This document shows positions 24,162 to 38,127 of a stretch of DNA of 64,000 nucleotides, piece after piece. The position numbers were made by a program, and so were the translations under genes. The first letter of the stretch is position 1. Every line of letters begins with the position of its first letter. The notes beneath the pieces are model-generated. The model had not been told where the DNA came from. It saw nothing but the letters and a program-made list of their open reading frames with translations, and did no database searches. Source of the DNA: Octopus vulgaris (Eukaryota). Where the stretch lies: positions 100,068,001 to 100,132,000 of the forward strand of contig OX597822.1 in the NCBI GenBank assembly GCA_951406725.2, given 5' to 3'.

Positions 24162-25539
24162 CACGTATAGTATTATCGAAAAAGAATCAATAAGTAACAC
24201 AAATATATAACCACATGTAATCAACAGTAAACGCATTTTATATGCATGAATGAGCATGCACAGAATCTATGATTCATGCACACACAAACGCGCACATGCA
24301 CAAAGGCACACGCTCACACAGGTGCTTGCATGCGCCACACATGCAGCATAATTTGTATGATTAAGAGTGTCGGATGGAGACGAGGTAACAAGATGTTTTT
24401 TAAGTGGCTTTCATTTCACCATTTGCTGTTAATTATTTATTCTCAAATAGAAGAGACACCGTTTCTGTTCCTCAGTTGAATTGTTTAGCACCAGGCCAGC
24501 TCTAATCAAACACACAGGCTTCTGTCTGATCGAAAGCACTCCAGTCGTGGCGATCCCGTCTTTTAAGGATTGTGTAGGGCTATATTATATTTACTGTTCC
24601 TTCGATATACTGTTCCTTTAAGTGTGTGATTTGAGAGAGATTTGGATGCAAATTCTAACAGGTCAAGAAACAACAGAAGCTTTCTTGTCGCCTTTTCTTA
24701 TGTTGTGAAAGTCAGCGCGTATCGAAACTATTATTGGGTGTCCTATATTTGTGAGTTCAAATCTCGCAGTATCTTCTTTTCTTTTTTAAATCCTTGCTGA
24801 ACACTAATCAGTAAATGGACTATGCTCTTCTTACATACATTATATATTATTATCAAGCGGAAATTGGGTTTACAATTGAAATAATACTTTGAAAATTTAT
24901 TTATATTCATTATGATAATGTTAATATGAGGGATGGTTGTATGACAAAGGGCAGACCGCCGGATTAGCTTTCATTTTTAAGTAGTTGTTTTGATTTTTGC
25001 CTTTCTTTTAACCCGAGATCGATAACATAAATAACAGTTAAATATTGCGTCTGGAATTTTGTATGCTTTTGTTCCAACCTGCATACCACATCGCCATCAT
25101 AGGTTACGGTCACACTGTGCAGTTTCCCCAGAGGCCCTTGCCAGTTTTAACCCATAATGCTCCTATGACGGCCCTCACACACATGCATACACACACAGTC
25201 TGCTCTCACTCAGAGATGAACACGTGCCCAAAATATATGTTTACATGCATGGAAGCTGATATTAACATACATTTAGAATGTTTAGTTAAGGAAGGCATTT
25301 AGATATAAAAAAACAAACTTTACCCTTGTTAAATTAGTAAATATTGACTTTATCACAGAAATGGCCATGGACGCTCAAGAAGTGTCTTGGAATCACAGGG
25401 AAACAAACTTCAATATTCAGCAGGTACTCGGCGACAATAAACACTAAGAGCACACAGGAAATGGTTTCTACCGAATACCCAGAAGGTTCTTTAGAAATAG
25501 TCGATAGCTTCTGCAACTGAGGTGATCTTATTAGCAGCA

Positions 25540-27620
25540 GGAGAGTGTTTTGAAAGCATAGTAGCCAGAGTAAGAATGAGTTTTATAGAAAATGATTTTG
25601 TAAGCTATAACCTCTGCTAGTAACGATGGACTTCTTCATCTGAAGGAAGCGTAGATTGTATGATGCTTGTGTATGAAGTGTACTGCTACATGACAGCAAG
25701 GTAAGATGTGGACCGGGAAGAAATGAAGTATACATGCTTCACTGGATGTGTAATGTCAGTGTACATGAATGATAGAATATTGTTGGATTGAGAGAAAATC
25801 TGGATATAAAGGGCACTAGATATACAGTGGCAGCCATAATATAAGGGTCAGTAAGTACAAGTGTATTGAAATAGTTATTATAGAAGATTGACAACATGTT
25901 GAGACAAGATATTTTACACATATTTAGATATATCTAATATCTATCTGTCATGAAAAGTTCAAGTGAATAGAATAAATATTTCGTGAGTTATGAGGAAATA
26001 AGCAATCTTCTAAATTGCACCTGCCAAAAGTTAAGGGTCACATAGAAAAAGGGAATTACTAACCGAGGTATTTGTTGTTTAGAAGACTATTAATGGGCTA
26101 ACAGTTACTTCTTATGATATTACATTATTGGAACATTCAACTGTCACCATGGCAGCTTGTGAGAGATGACCAGTGTCCTGTGATGGAAAACAAAGGATTG
26201 TGTGCCTTCACCAAGAGGGCAAATCAAATTCTGTGATAGCAACTACTGTAGGAAGGTCTGGAAGTGTTGTGCAATGAATTGTAGCTCATTTTAAGTCATC
26301 AGGATTGATGGAGGTTAAACCCCAAACCAGTAGACCTCGTAAAACCTCACCTAGACAGGATCGTATTATGGTTAGAATGTCGCTGAATGACAGGTTTGGG
26401 AGTGCTGCTGAGATAATCTGAGAGTTTAGCTCCACTTCTTATATCAATGTATCGCACAAAACAGTTTCTCGGAGGTTACGAGGTTCTGGGTTGCTTGCTC
26501 GAGTACCGGCAAAGAAACTTCTGATCTCCAAGAAGAATTAGAGCCTGTCTTCATTTTGCTCACAAACATGTCGTTTGGACTGAAGAACAGTGGTCTTAGG
26601 TTCATTTTAGCGATGAATCGAAGTTTAATATGATTGGTTCCGATGGCAGGATGTACGTACGACGAAGAAGTGGCGAAAGTTTATTTCGTGCATGTGTGAA
26701 AAAGACAGTGAAATATGGAGGATGCAGTGTAATAGTATGGGGAGTGATCTCTGCTGCTGGTCCTGGTCCACTTATTCGCCTACAAGGGACTGTCAATGCT
26801 GAAATCTACAAGCAGATTCTTAGACGATATGTCTTTCCACATCTCCTTTCCTCGTCAGTTCAACTCCCTATCTTCGTGCAGGACAACGCTCCCTACCACA
26901 CTGCGAAGAGAGTCAAAGGTTTTTTGAGAGATGAAATGGTTGATCTCATGGACTGGTCATTTCAAAGTCCCGATCTTGACCCTAAAGAAAACGTTTGGAA
27001 GATTATTGGAGACGGGGCTGGAGGGAGAAGTCCAAAGAACTAAGATGGTCTCTGGGAATTATTGAAAAGCGAATGGAACAATATTACTCTATCATTTTGC
27101 AAGAAATTAGTTCAGTCCTGTGGTAACAAATGTCAGGAGATCATTGATAGTAAAGGGATGTTCACAAAATATTAATTGTGAGGGCTTCCTTTTTGTTTTT
27201 ATTCCACTTTTCATTGTTTTTCTAAGTGACCCTTAACTTTTGGCCGTTGCAATTTGGAAGATTATTTGTTTATTTCCTCATAGCTTATGAAATATTTATT
27301 CCATTCACATGTAATTTTCACGAAAGATTGATAATAGATATATCTAAATATGTGTATAATATCTAGTCTCATAGTTTGTTGATCTTCTGTAATAAATATT
27401 TCAATACACTTGTTCTTACTAACCATTATATTACAAGCGCTACTGCAGTGCACAGGAGGGAAGATTGTGGCTGGTATGAGTATATGATGTGTATGGGGGA
27501 TGACAACTGTATAAGGTAATGCTGTGCACTCAAAGTGAATGGAATCTGTGTAAGAGGAAGACCAAGAAAGACTAATCTCAAGATGTGATGTCACATGAGG
27601 GAGATGATAAAGGACTATAT
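25540..27620 (+). mobile_element. Old RTE LINE 3' fragment split by the Tc1 insertion
   Basis: 25540-25824 and 27446-27620 rejoin colinearly with LINE positions about 1470-1900. Confidence 0.75.
25825..27445 (+). mobile_element. Tc1-family DNA transposon (DD34E) with about 220-bp IR/DR termini; transposase pseudogene about 26149-27175
   Basis: TA|CAGTGG left end; long inverted repeats at about 25825-26050 and 27218-27445. Motifs FSDESKFN, QDNAPYH and SPDLDPKENVW, with 34 residues between the second D and the E. Internal stops and a frameshift. Confidence 0.93.
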
Positions 27621-27748
27621 CAGTAGGTGATGTGCAATAATGGAGAAAATCTTAGCAACCATGCAATTGTGACAATTTGAATGTTTAAAATAATGACAAT
27701 GATGGAGGCTGAGAGGCATAATGTGTATGTATGCATGTGTGTATATAT

Positions 27749-27978
27749 ATTTCTTTATTGCCCACAGGGGCTAAACACAGAGGGGACAAACAAGAACAGA
27801 CAAAGGGATTAAGTCGATTACATCGACCCCAGTGCATAACTGGTACTTTATTTATCGACCCCGAAAGGATGAAAGGCAAAGTCGACCTCGGTGGAATTTG
27901 AACTCAGAGCATAACAGCAGAGGAAATACCGCTAAGCATGTCGCCTGGCGTGCTAATGTTTTTGCCAGCTCGCCGCCT
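27749..27978 (-). mobile_element. tRNA-derived SINE (young family)
   Basis: Minus strand begins AGGCGGCGAGCTGGC, has a GAGTTCAAATTCC B box and an AAAGAAAT tail; near-identical to 37895 and 59831. Confidence 0.9.
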
Positions 27979-30859
27979 GTGTGTATATATGTACACACAC
28001 AAATATATATATACATAAACACACACACTCATACATACGTATATGCTGTCTAGTCTAATCTGTTGCTTACCTGCATTTTTCGCACCTCTTTCGTCTCTGT
28101 TGTTCGTCTCCAATCACTCATCTTCTTTCCATTCATCTCTCTATCACTCATGCCATTCATACAATGACAAATCACACAAGATTTATCTGCAGTCAGTCCG
28201 CCTACCATCCTCATCACACTACTTACCGATCTGAAAGCCTATGTACAAGAGATTGCGTCATACCTGTTTGTACTCAATACACTCTACCTTCACTCTTTCT
28301 CCACTACCAGTCGTCATTCAATTTCGTCGTGGACACTTCTTATTGACATCCACCACTAATTCTTACCATTGTCCATCTCTGTTATTACCCATTACTTTCT
28401 TTCTCACGACCTCATCCCAGTTATGCTGGTTTCTATCATCATATTCATCCTCATTTCTCTCCACTTCCACTTCTTGCTGCTCTTTTCACCCATCCATTCC
28501 AGCTTCTCTTATGTCATAAGTTTCTCTTTTATTCACCTCCTTGGTTTGACTGCTTTTAGCAGATGTGCACATTTCAGAATTGTGAGAACTCTGTTTTATT
28601 TTACAGTGTACAAAACAACCCTTCTTGTATTGGTGCCACAGTAAAAGATACTCTCTACATTCTCTAATGTGGTTTGCAAAAATAAGTGAGAGAGAAATGG
28701 AAAAAATGTAGAGTCAAGGGACCCTTATGTCTCGTCTTGCTAGGGGCGTAACACCTGCAGTGTTGGTGTCATGATAAAATGCCCCCAGTACATACTGTAA
28801 TGTGACTGGTGACAGGAATAGCATCCAGCCAGAGAAGCCAAGTCCAAAATGAAATGTATGAGAGTGACAGTCCTCTAACCCATCCATGAAGGCAGTAACT
28901 CCCAATAAGAACTGACTTGGACCATGACAACTCATCCAAACCATGCTAGCATGGAGCAGCGATGATACCGTTAGTAATCTGTGACACAAAACTATGTTAA
29001 TTAACTTGGTTTGTAGCACTTAAAAAAATCTATGTTACTTGTAAAGAAATGCTCTCTGCAGCTTCATAGTTAAATCAAAACATGCATACACACACACTTC
29101 AGTCTCTTCACACACATGCACACCTCTCTGTCAAATTCTGTTCACTATTTCCCTTTTTATACTAACTACAGTAATCTGTACCTATTTAAACTTGCAAACA
29201 CTAGCCCTCCTCACTGAAACCTGTTCAATGTATCAATGTATTCTCTTCTCTCACCATTCCTACTACGTCCTACTTCAAGATTTCATAGTAATTATTTTTA
29301 ATTTATCCTTTCTAAAAGTTAGATTCCTCTGGGATTCTTTTTTGTCCTTTGGTTGCTTTCTAACTTCTAAAGTGTAGCAATTCAAATTGAAATATTATCT
29401 GCATGGTCTTCAATCGCTATGTGAAAGATTTTCGGAATTCTATTAATATCGATGCTTCACCTCAGACTAATAAATCATCATCATCATTTTAACATCCTCT
29501 TTTCCATGCTTGCATGCGCCAAATGGAATTTGTTGAGGCAGATTTTTTATGGCCAGGTACCCTTCCTATCACCAGTTCTCATCCGTCTCAAAGCAAGATA
29601 TTTCCCTGTGGTTGGACATATTTTCATGCAAGCTCAGAAACAAACAACACAACTCATATGAAGGTGACACATATATTCAACCATCTAGTAATGTCAGATA
29701 CACATACACACTTTTGATAGGCTTCCGTCTATCAGGTCCACTCTCAAGGCTTTGATCGGTTGAGGACTGTTGTAGAAGACACTTGCTTAATGTGACTCAC
29801 TATGGCACTGAACCTGAAATCACATGGTTGGGAAGCAGACCTCTTAACCACGCAACCATGCTTGTAATTAATGAATATATACATCTTTTATCTTGTGTTG
29901 AGCATCAGATTGTGGCCATGCTGGGGCACTTCCTTGAAAGGTTTAATGGGAAAAAAATCAACCCCAGTATTTATATTTTTTAAACCTGGTACTTATTCTA
30001 TTAGTCTCTCTTTGGCAAACTGCTAAGTTAGACAGAAGTAAAAAAAAAATAATACTAGTTGTCAAGTGGTGGTGGGGGACAAATGCAAAGATGCATACAC
30101 ACACACATGATGGGCTTCTCTCAGTTTCCATCTACCAAATCCACTTACAAGACTGGTTGGCCTGAAGCTATAGTAGAAGACACTTGAGCAAAGTGCCACA
30201 CAGTCAAACTGAACCCTGAACTAAGTGGTTGGAGAGCAACACAAATATAGGAACACAAACACATGTGCATGCATGGGTTTCTTTCAGTTTCCATCTACTA
30301 AATTCATTCACAAGACTTTGATTGGTCCAGAGCTGTAGTAGAAAACACTTGCCCAAGTTACCAAGCAGTGGGACTGAACCCAAAACCATATGGTTGGGAA
30401 GTGAACTTCTTAACCACACAGCCCTGCCTGTGTCTACATAACTGTCTAAAATCTTAGTTGCCTGACTCTCTTTTACATTTCTTTCACTCCGATTACCATG
30501 TATTGCCTTTCACAATCACTTTTCTACTCTGGTTACGTCATTGGTTCTTACATACCAATGCAGTCATCTGTGTTGTTCTTATTGATTCTCATGTTTAATC
30601 ATTTCCTCAACTTCCACTCAACTTGTCACATATTGTCTCTACATTGCCTTACTCCTTTTTAATAGCTATTACTCTTCTACCCCTGTTATTAAGTTCTATG
30701 TCATCCACTGTTGCTCTCGTGTATGCAAAATACTTTTATTTTTTTATGTATGAGAAAGGAATTTTAATGAACTATAGATGTAATTACCTTAGTTCTGTAT
30801 AGTTACGGTCAAACATGTGATTATCATGATAAAAAATATTGTGCATCTATTGTTCAAAG

Positions 30860-31400
30860 AGAGATAAAATAATTGTAGGGGTCTCAGACTCGTGAACAAT
30901 GTGATGAAGCTGATAACAAAGACAATGTACTTGAGCGGGTGCAACCTGGGTTTGTGCCACAACATGGGACTACAAGTGCTACAGCTGTTGTATAGTTTTT
31001 GTAGTCAACAATAGGAATAACAAAAACATCTTCCACAAAGAATAAACAACGCTGCATTTGTTAATCGAGAGAAGGCATTTGATGGGGTTCCATGGTCTGC
31101 AGGCTGGGGATTAATGAGAATGGTAGCTGAAAAGAAGTTGCTTGAGAGAGAGAGCTATCCAGGTCATGAATGAAGGCCTGGAACCTGTCAGGTGTTGGTA
31201 GCAATGTAGTTTGTGAAGGATTTAGGGTTAACAGCAGAGAAGTCACTGAGGCTTAATCTTCATAAAACTAGATGCTCTTAGAAACAGCTGGGCAATACTT
31301 GATTTTCATTGTAAAGCCTAGCACAGCACAGGACAGAAGAAGTATTAGTTTTAAGCTTTAAAAAATGGACTTTAATCGGAAAGACTTCTTGATGGTTAAT
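30860..31400 (+). mobile_element. Very old RTE RT remnant
   Basis: Recognisable relics of the coding for NYRGL, GFVP..GTT.A and AFV..EKAFD. Confidence 0.6.
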
Positions 31401-33374
31401 AAAAGTAAGGGTTACAGTTTTGTTAAAAACAACGTTTCTCTCTGAGAAAACAGTTCACCGAATGTGTGATGCTGCATGGCTATAAGAGACAGACAAAGAA
31501 GGCAGAAGACATCAAGGAAATAACCTGAGTGTCCTTTTATTGCCTGATAATGTAAATTATGGTTGGAAATCAGACAGAAGTTTGATATATTGAAAGTGAA
31601 AGAGCATAATGACAATGGCTACTCAGCAATAACATCAACAGCCCTACTTATGATTGTTCATCCTACTAAGAAATAGTGGCCAGCTCTCCCTCAGGTTACA
31701 TTCTATTATTTTAAGAAAAAGAAAAAACGCATTGGATGATGTAGTCCTGCATAGACAATGTCTGAAGTAAAAGTTGGGATGATCATAGCTGAATGCTTTT
31801 GATCATAGATTTGTTGATTAGGTCCACCAAAGAAATAACTCTATTTACGTCATCTCTCGCTTTAATAGATTTATTTGCGTGATAGCACGAATCTGTTTAT
31901 TACTTCTAAAAAAAGTTTGCTATTTCATATTTTTCTTTTATATTATTGATTGTATGGGTCCTTGAAATGAAAGTTCCGAGTTCAAACTCTGCCTGCAGAA
32001 ATGTTTAATTTCAGTAATAGGGCTCCCATAGACAATTGTAGATATGACTCTGGAACACAAAGAAATTTGGGGATTTAATCTAAAATCATTATTTGAGAGT
32101 AACGGACTTTAACAGCAAATTTATACCACTCAAAACTGTTCAGGGCATTTTCTATAAATTTATAAGTGCTTAAATCTTACGTTTACTTACTTGAAAGGTT
32201 TTAGCCACTTATATCAACCACAATTTTTCAAGTGGTCTTAAAATAAAGACTGGCATAGAGACTGCCTTACACACACACACTTGTGCATGCACATGCATAT
32301 GTAAGTAGTTTAAGCTAGTCTAGCAGCCCATTACCTTGGAGTTTCTGCAGCATTCCACTGCTTCATCAGTCAAGTCAAACTATTGTACACTATATTGAGT
32401 ACTCTTTTTCTAGATCATTACCCAAGAACAGATAAATGTGTGTGTACACACACATGCATGCACACACTGCACATAGTGCATGCACACACCAGCAAGCTGT
32501 TACTCTGGTGTTTCTGCAGCATGCTGAGACTTCTTCAATTAAGTCAGGCTTTCCCACTCTGTTTCTATTGAATTATCTCCTAATCGTTACCCCAGAGGGA
32601 CACACAAACCTCATATAAACCGGCTTCTGTGCAGTTTCCATTTGCAAATATCACTCAGAAGGCATTGATCAGCTTAACACTTAAGTAGACACTTGCCCAA
32701 GATGCCATGTAGCTAGGCCCACGTGTTTACCCTTACTGCCACATGGGCTCATATTTGAGGCTACATGGTTGCAATGTAAACTTAACCAAACTGACATAGT
32801 GATAGTAAGTTTTTAATTCATTGATCAAGTTGACATATAAAAGACATTCCAGCTGTGACCAGGTATCTTGTTTGTTTTTATTTCTATTTCAAACTTAGTG
32901 TATCAGCCTACATTATTATTTTTTTTAATATCTATTTCCCTGAACTTTGCAAATACTTTGAGTTATCCAACACCAGTACTTAACATAGCTAATTGGCTGG
33001 TTAAATCACCTTTTCATTTTAACAACAAAATTACTCAACTTAAAACAGAGTATTTATCTATAAATTTCTAAGTGCTTGAGTTGCATGTTTAGATAGGTAA
33101 AGGCATTTATTAGATAAAATGAAACAAAATTATGCTGTAATATTTACAAGTTGTTGTTCAGCTCACAGTTAGCCTTCATTAAACAGTCCTATGATCAAAG
33201 ACCATGTTATCTTTTTCAGACATTGTATACCTAGGACTATATTAACCAGTGTGTCCTTTTTTTTTAAAAAGACAATAAGATATGATTTGAGAGAGAGATT
33301 TGACTACTATTTTTAACAACAGGTCAAGCACCTGCACAGATGCTCCCTCATTGGCTTGTATTATGTATAACCTA

Positions 33375-34321
33375 GTGCAAGCTTTGGACACGTAAGAGGT
33401 GTAGCAGCATCAAAGGAAGGTTAACAGAGAATATAGTCTTTGTGTGTAGCTAATGTGCAGGTACAATAAGCACTAGATATATGCAGACAGCAGGCTCCCT
33501 CAAATGCTCAGGTGGATCATTAGAAGTAATAGATAGTTTCTGTTACCTAAGAGACCAAGTTAGCAGTGATGAAGAGAGTTCTGAAAGTGTTCTTGCTACA
33601 CTTTCAGGCTGAGAATGGGCTGAGCGAAGTTCAGAGTGTTTCTACCTTTGTTGGTAACTAAGGGCTTCTCCCTCAGGGTGAAAGGCAGATTGTATGATGC
33701 CTCTGTACATACAGCTACGTTACATAGCATTGAAACTTGGGCCTTGATTACAGATGACTTAGAAAGGCTTGAAAGAAATGCTCCACTGAATGGGTAATGT
33801 CAGTGTGAATGATTCAAAACGAAAACTGGGTATAAGGGGCATCAGATGTGTATGCAAGAGAAAAGACTACACTGGTTTGGTTATGTGATGCGTTTGGATG
33901 AGGACAGCGGCATAAAGAAGTATCAAGCTCTAATTGTGGAGGGTACCTGTGGAAGGGGTAGACCCAAGAAGACCAAGGATAAAATGGTAAAAAAGGATCT
34001 TCGGATGCTGGGTTTCACTGAGCAAATGACAAAGGACCGAGAGATGAGGTAATTTCCTGTACTTGATAAGACACATCAAGCTAAGTAAAACTGTTGTCTT
34101 ATACACATACAGACTTGTCCTTTCAGGTGCCAGTGCCACTTAAAAAGCACCTGTGCCAATGCTATGTAAATGCACCTGTACATATAAAGCACTCGGCACA
34201 CTCTTTTAAGTGGTTGGCATTAGGGAGGGCATCCAGCTGTAGAAACCATACCACAACAGACATGTGAAACTGTCCAACCCATGCCAGCATGGAAAGCAGA
34301 CATTAAACAATGATGATGATG
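33375..34321 (+). mobile_element. Degenerate RTE LINE 3' end
   Basis: Colinear with 1260-2536; RLHWFGYVMR and GRGRPKKT in ORF 33846-34052; GAT tail. Confidence 0.88.
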
Positions 34322-34967
34322 TATTGGTAGAACTGTTAAAGTATCTGACATAATACCGTAAAGTATTTGGTGTTAGGAAGAGCACCCAGCCATAGAAAAT
34401 AAGTCAAATCAGACTGAAACCTGGTGCAGCTCTCCTGCTAACCAGCTCTAATCAAATTCATGCCATCATGGGAAATAGACATTAAAGGATGATGATGATG
34501 ATGCATGTTAATTATCATTTACATTAATATCTCAGAAGTTAATTTAATAGCTGTTTATCACTGTGCAGATATAAATTTCTCAGATCGTTATTATCTAGAT
34601 GTCAAATTTTCTTGTCTTATTTTTACATTTAATTATTAAACATTAGTGTTTATTTACTTTTGCTATCAAATCAAATTCTAGTTAAGAATTATTCTAATTA
34701 CATTAAAAAATGTAAATGTCAGCTTGGCAGATTCTGCATCTGTGTGATTAACTTTTTAGCATTTAAGCGAGTCATAACCAGCTCATATATTTTATGTTCA
34801 GACTAGTCAGATATAGCCTCTCACACTTACCCTACAATGTCATTCTAAAAATAGACAATCACATCATTGAAATTTCAAAGCAACACAATAATGCATGATA
34901 AATTCAGAAGAATTTCAATATGCATTACATGAGACAGTGTAATCTAAGTGCTGAAGGATTAAGCTTC

Positions 34968-35640
34968 TATGTGTTGATTTCTGTGTGTGTGTGTCCGTGT
35001 GTTTATTTCTCCTACAGTCCTTGTGGTTAATCTAGTTTATTTTTACCCTGTAAGCACACGAGGTGGTGCTGAAAAGTTCCTGTCTTTGGGTAAAAGAACA
35101 TACAAGAGGATCAATTATGATTTTATTCAACATATTCCCCTCTTGGATTCACACACTTATTGCAGTGGTCCTTTAGTTTTTCTAAATTCTGTAAAAGAAC
35201 TCAAAAAGTTGGCCTCCACCAAACAGGCCTTTCATGATACCCTTAAAGCCAGGAAATTTTCAACACACCACTTGTATGTATTGATTTGTGTGTGTTTATT
35301 TTTCCTACAGTTCTTGTGGTTAATATATTTTATTCTTACCCTCTAAACATACAAAAGGGTGCAGAGAAGTTCTTGGTTTTGGTTAAAAGAAAATACAGGA
35401 GGATTTTATCTAACATATTCCCATCTCAAATTCACACAATCATTGCAGTGATCCTTCAGTTTTACTAAACCCTGTAAAAGAATGCAAAAGGTCAGGCTTT
35501 CAACCAGGCCTTTCATGATACCCCTAAAGCCAGGAATTTTTCAGCACCACCCCCTATGTATGTATAGATTTGTGTGTGTATTTATTTCTCTTATAGTTCT
35601 TGTGGTTAATATATTTTTTTCTTACCCTCTAAACATACAT
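34968..35640. repeat. Tandem array: three 80-bp spacers alternating with two mariner-type MITEs (35059-35274 and 35352-35554)
   Basis: MITE ends CGAGGTGGTGCTGAAAAGTTCCTG and CCAGGAATTTTTCAGCACCACC. The spacer TGTGTTTATTT..CTACAGTTCTTGTGGTTAAT...TTACCCT occurs three times. Confidence 0.8.
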
Positions 35641-36792
35641 TTGCGTATTTATCTTTTACTTGTCTCAGTCATAAGACTGCAGCCATACTGCAGCACCACC
35701 TTGGAAAATTATTTAGTCAAATGAATCAATCCCAGCACTTATTATTTTAAGCACGGCACTTATTCTATTGGGCTCTCTTGCCAAACCGCTAAGTTACAGG
35801 GATGTCAATGCACCAGTACCAATTGTCAAGTGGGGGACAAACACAAACATGACACACATACGTATACATATATGCAACAGGCTTCTTTCAGTTTCTGTTT
35901 ACCAAATGGAATTGATGTTTAATTTGAGTTGTTGCAAAATTATTTGAAGGAATGGTTAGAGAAAAGGAAGAGTGCAGTGTTTAAGGGGAGTGATGGGGCT
36001 GTTGGGAAAAAAAAAGTTAGCAAAAAGTATCGAATAGGCTTGTTATTTTACTTCTCAGTCACTATTGACCATCCTAACTGTTAGTCAGTCATACATAGTG
36101 TGTCAAGGACTAACATTAGATAAAGTAGTCTTTATTTCATATAGAACAGGATGTGTGATTTGAAGGAGATTTGTTTGCTATTTCTTGCAGTTAACATAGT
36201 AGCTGTCTTAGAAAAAAAAAATGATAGCAAAAAGAGGAGTAATACCAGGAAAGTGAATGAATAAGTACTTGGCAAATATTTTTTGAGTTTTGATTTTGTT
36301 CCTATTTAGGCTTTTTTTTTAAATTTAGTTTTCTTCAATTCTAGACCAGTCCAGTGTTGTTCAGTACTGGTGATACTGTATCTTATTTTAGTCATTCCTA
36401 CAAATAGATTAAAAAAATAAGCAATGCACAAAACATTTCATGTAAGAAAGAATACTCTGTTTGTATTCATAGTTGTTTAGTTTTTAACTCATTCTGGATG
36501 TTAGCTACTAAATTTTTTTATGTAACGCTTTAGTCACTACATAAAATAGAACACCTACAGCTGTCTGCATGGAATAAATTTCAGAGGTTTAATGCTTTAG
36601 GGTAAAAAAAAAGATTTTGCATGATGGTTAGTGCCACAGTGTGAGCAGTCAGGGACAGGGTATGGATGACAAGAGGATGAGAGACAAGTGTGTTGAGTTG
36701 AACTCAGTGGAGGTGGTATGCAGTTAATTAGTTCCAAGAAGCAGACATCCTTATGGAAAATGAGATAATGGACAGAATGATGAGACAATACA

Positions 36793-37070
36793 TCTGTGGG
36801 CCTGACATTGCATTGGGTTTGTGAGTCTTTATTTAAGGGCCGGTCATTGCAGTGTGTTGGAGATTAAGTTTAGTATCTGGGTCAGACATTTTGACCTGTT
36901 GGTACATCTTTGTTTGTGAGGCAGACATAGTGAGTTGGTAAGATTTTGTCTATGGACCAGACATAGTGAGTTGGTAAGTCTTTATCGGCAGGCCAGGCAT
37001 TGTAGTGTGTTGGTGAATAAGCTTTTGTCCGTGGGCCAGATGTTGTAGTGTGTGGCTAAGTTTTATTGCC
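36793..37070. repeat. Degenerate minisatellite, about 7 units of 36-42 bp
   Basis: Recurrent GGCCAGACAT(T)GTAGTG(T/A)GTTGGTAAG...TTT. Confidence 0.7.
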
Positions 37071-37894
37071 CATTCAATCAAATGGCTTTCTGCTTAAACT
37101 GATTTTTTCTTTTCTTGTACAGGGAAGCCTGTCAATATTGATTGGCTGCCATTACTGTGTGTCTTAGACACATCAATGTAAGCTAAAGAAATATATAACT
37201 CTTACACTGCTGAAAGCTATTTCTCTTTTATTTTATTACAAATTACTCAGAGATTTTAAAGCTTGATGGCATCTTTAGCTTTCAAATGCTGAGCTTTCTG
37301 GTCAGTCAGCAGTGCAGTGCTTATCCAAGCAGCTGATGCTTATTTTGCTGAGGGAAAATGAGGTTAGTTATTGGGCACATAAAGCTGAAAGAGGCCCCAA
37401 TGCAGTTGCTCAACCTGCAGCTAAATCTCTTTCAAATCATACTTTTCTGTTTAAAAAAAAATATGACACACACATAAAAGAATGTGGTATTACATACAGC
37501 AATGTCTAAGGAAAAGGTAATTTGATCATGGTTGGCTTGTCTTTCCTCATAAGTCTGCTTGGTCAGAGTTAACTCTGATCTAAACGATAACAAAAACCCA
37601 GTGACAAAGATGGCAACAGTTGTGAGATTCTCGTGAGGTAGACCAGATTGAGTCTCTGCTCAGTTGAAAAGGAGTTAGTAATTGTGGTGACCATTAACTT
37701 TCTAAACTACTTTTAATTACATAAAATGTAACTGAATTTTTTTTAAAAAAAGCATTATGAAATTAGCTTTAGATGACCAAGTTAATGAGTTACTGGACAG
37801 CTAGCCAAGAGAAACTTATACCTTGTCATCATTACTACAGCCAAGACACTTGACTTCTAATAGCTGTTTCCAAATTGGCACCACATAGCAGTAT

Positions 37895-38127
37895 ATATTT
37901 CTTTATTGCCCACAGGGGGCTAAACATAGAGGGGACAGACAAGGACAGACAAACGGATTAAGTCGATTACATCGACCCCAGTGCGTAACTGGTACTTTAT
38001 TTAACGATCCCGAAAGGATGAAAGGCAAAGTCGATCTCGGCAGAATTTGAACTCAGAAAATAACAGCAGATGAAATACCGCTAAGCATTTCGCCCGGCGC
38101 GCTAACATTTCTGCCAGCTCGCCGCCT
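37895..38127 (-). mobile_element. tRNA-derived SINE (young family)
   Basis: Same family as 27749; CpGs largely intact. Confidence 0.9.

Noticed and set aside
28043-28644. Cluster of S/H/L/F-rich ORFs
   Set aside because: Pyrimidine-rich, probably a decayed repeat; no recognisable domain or exon structure.
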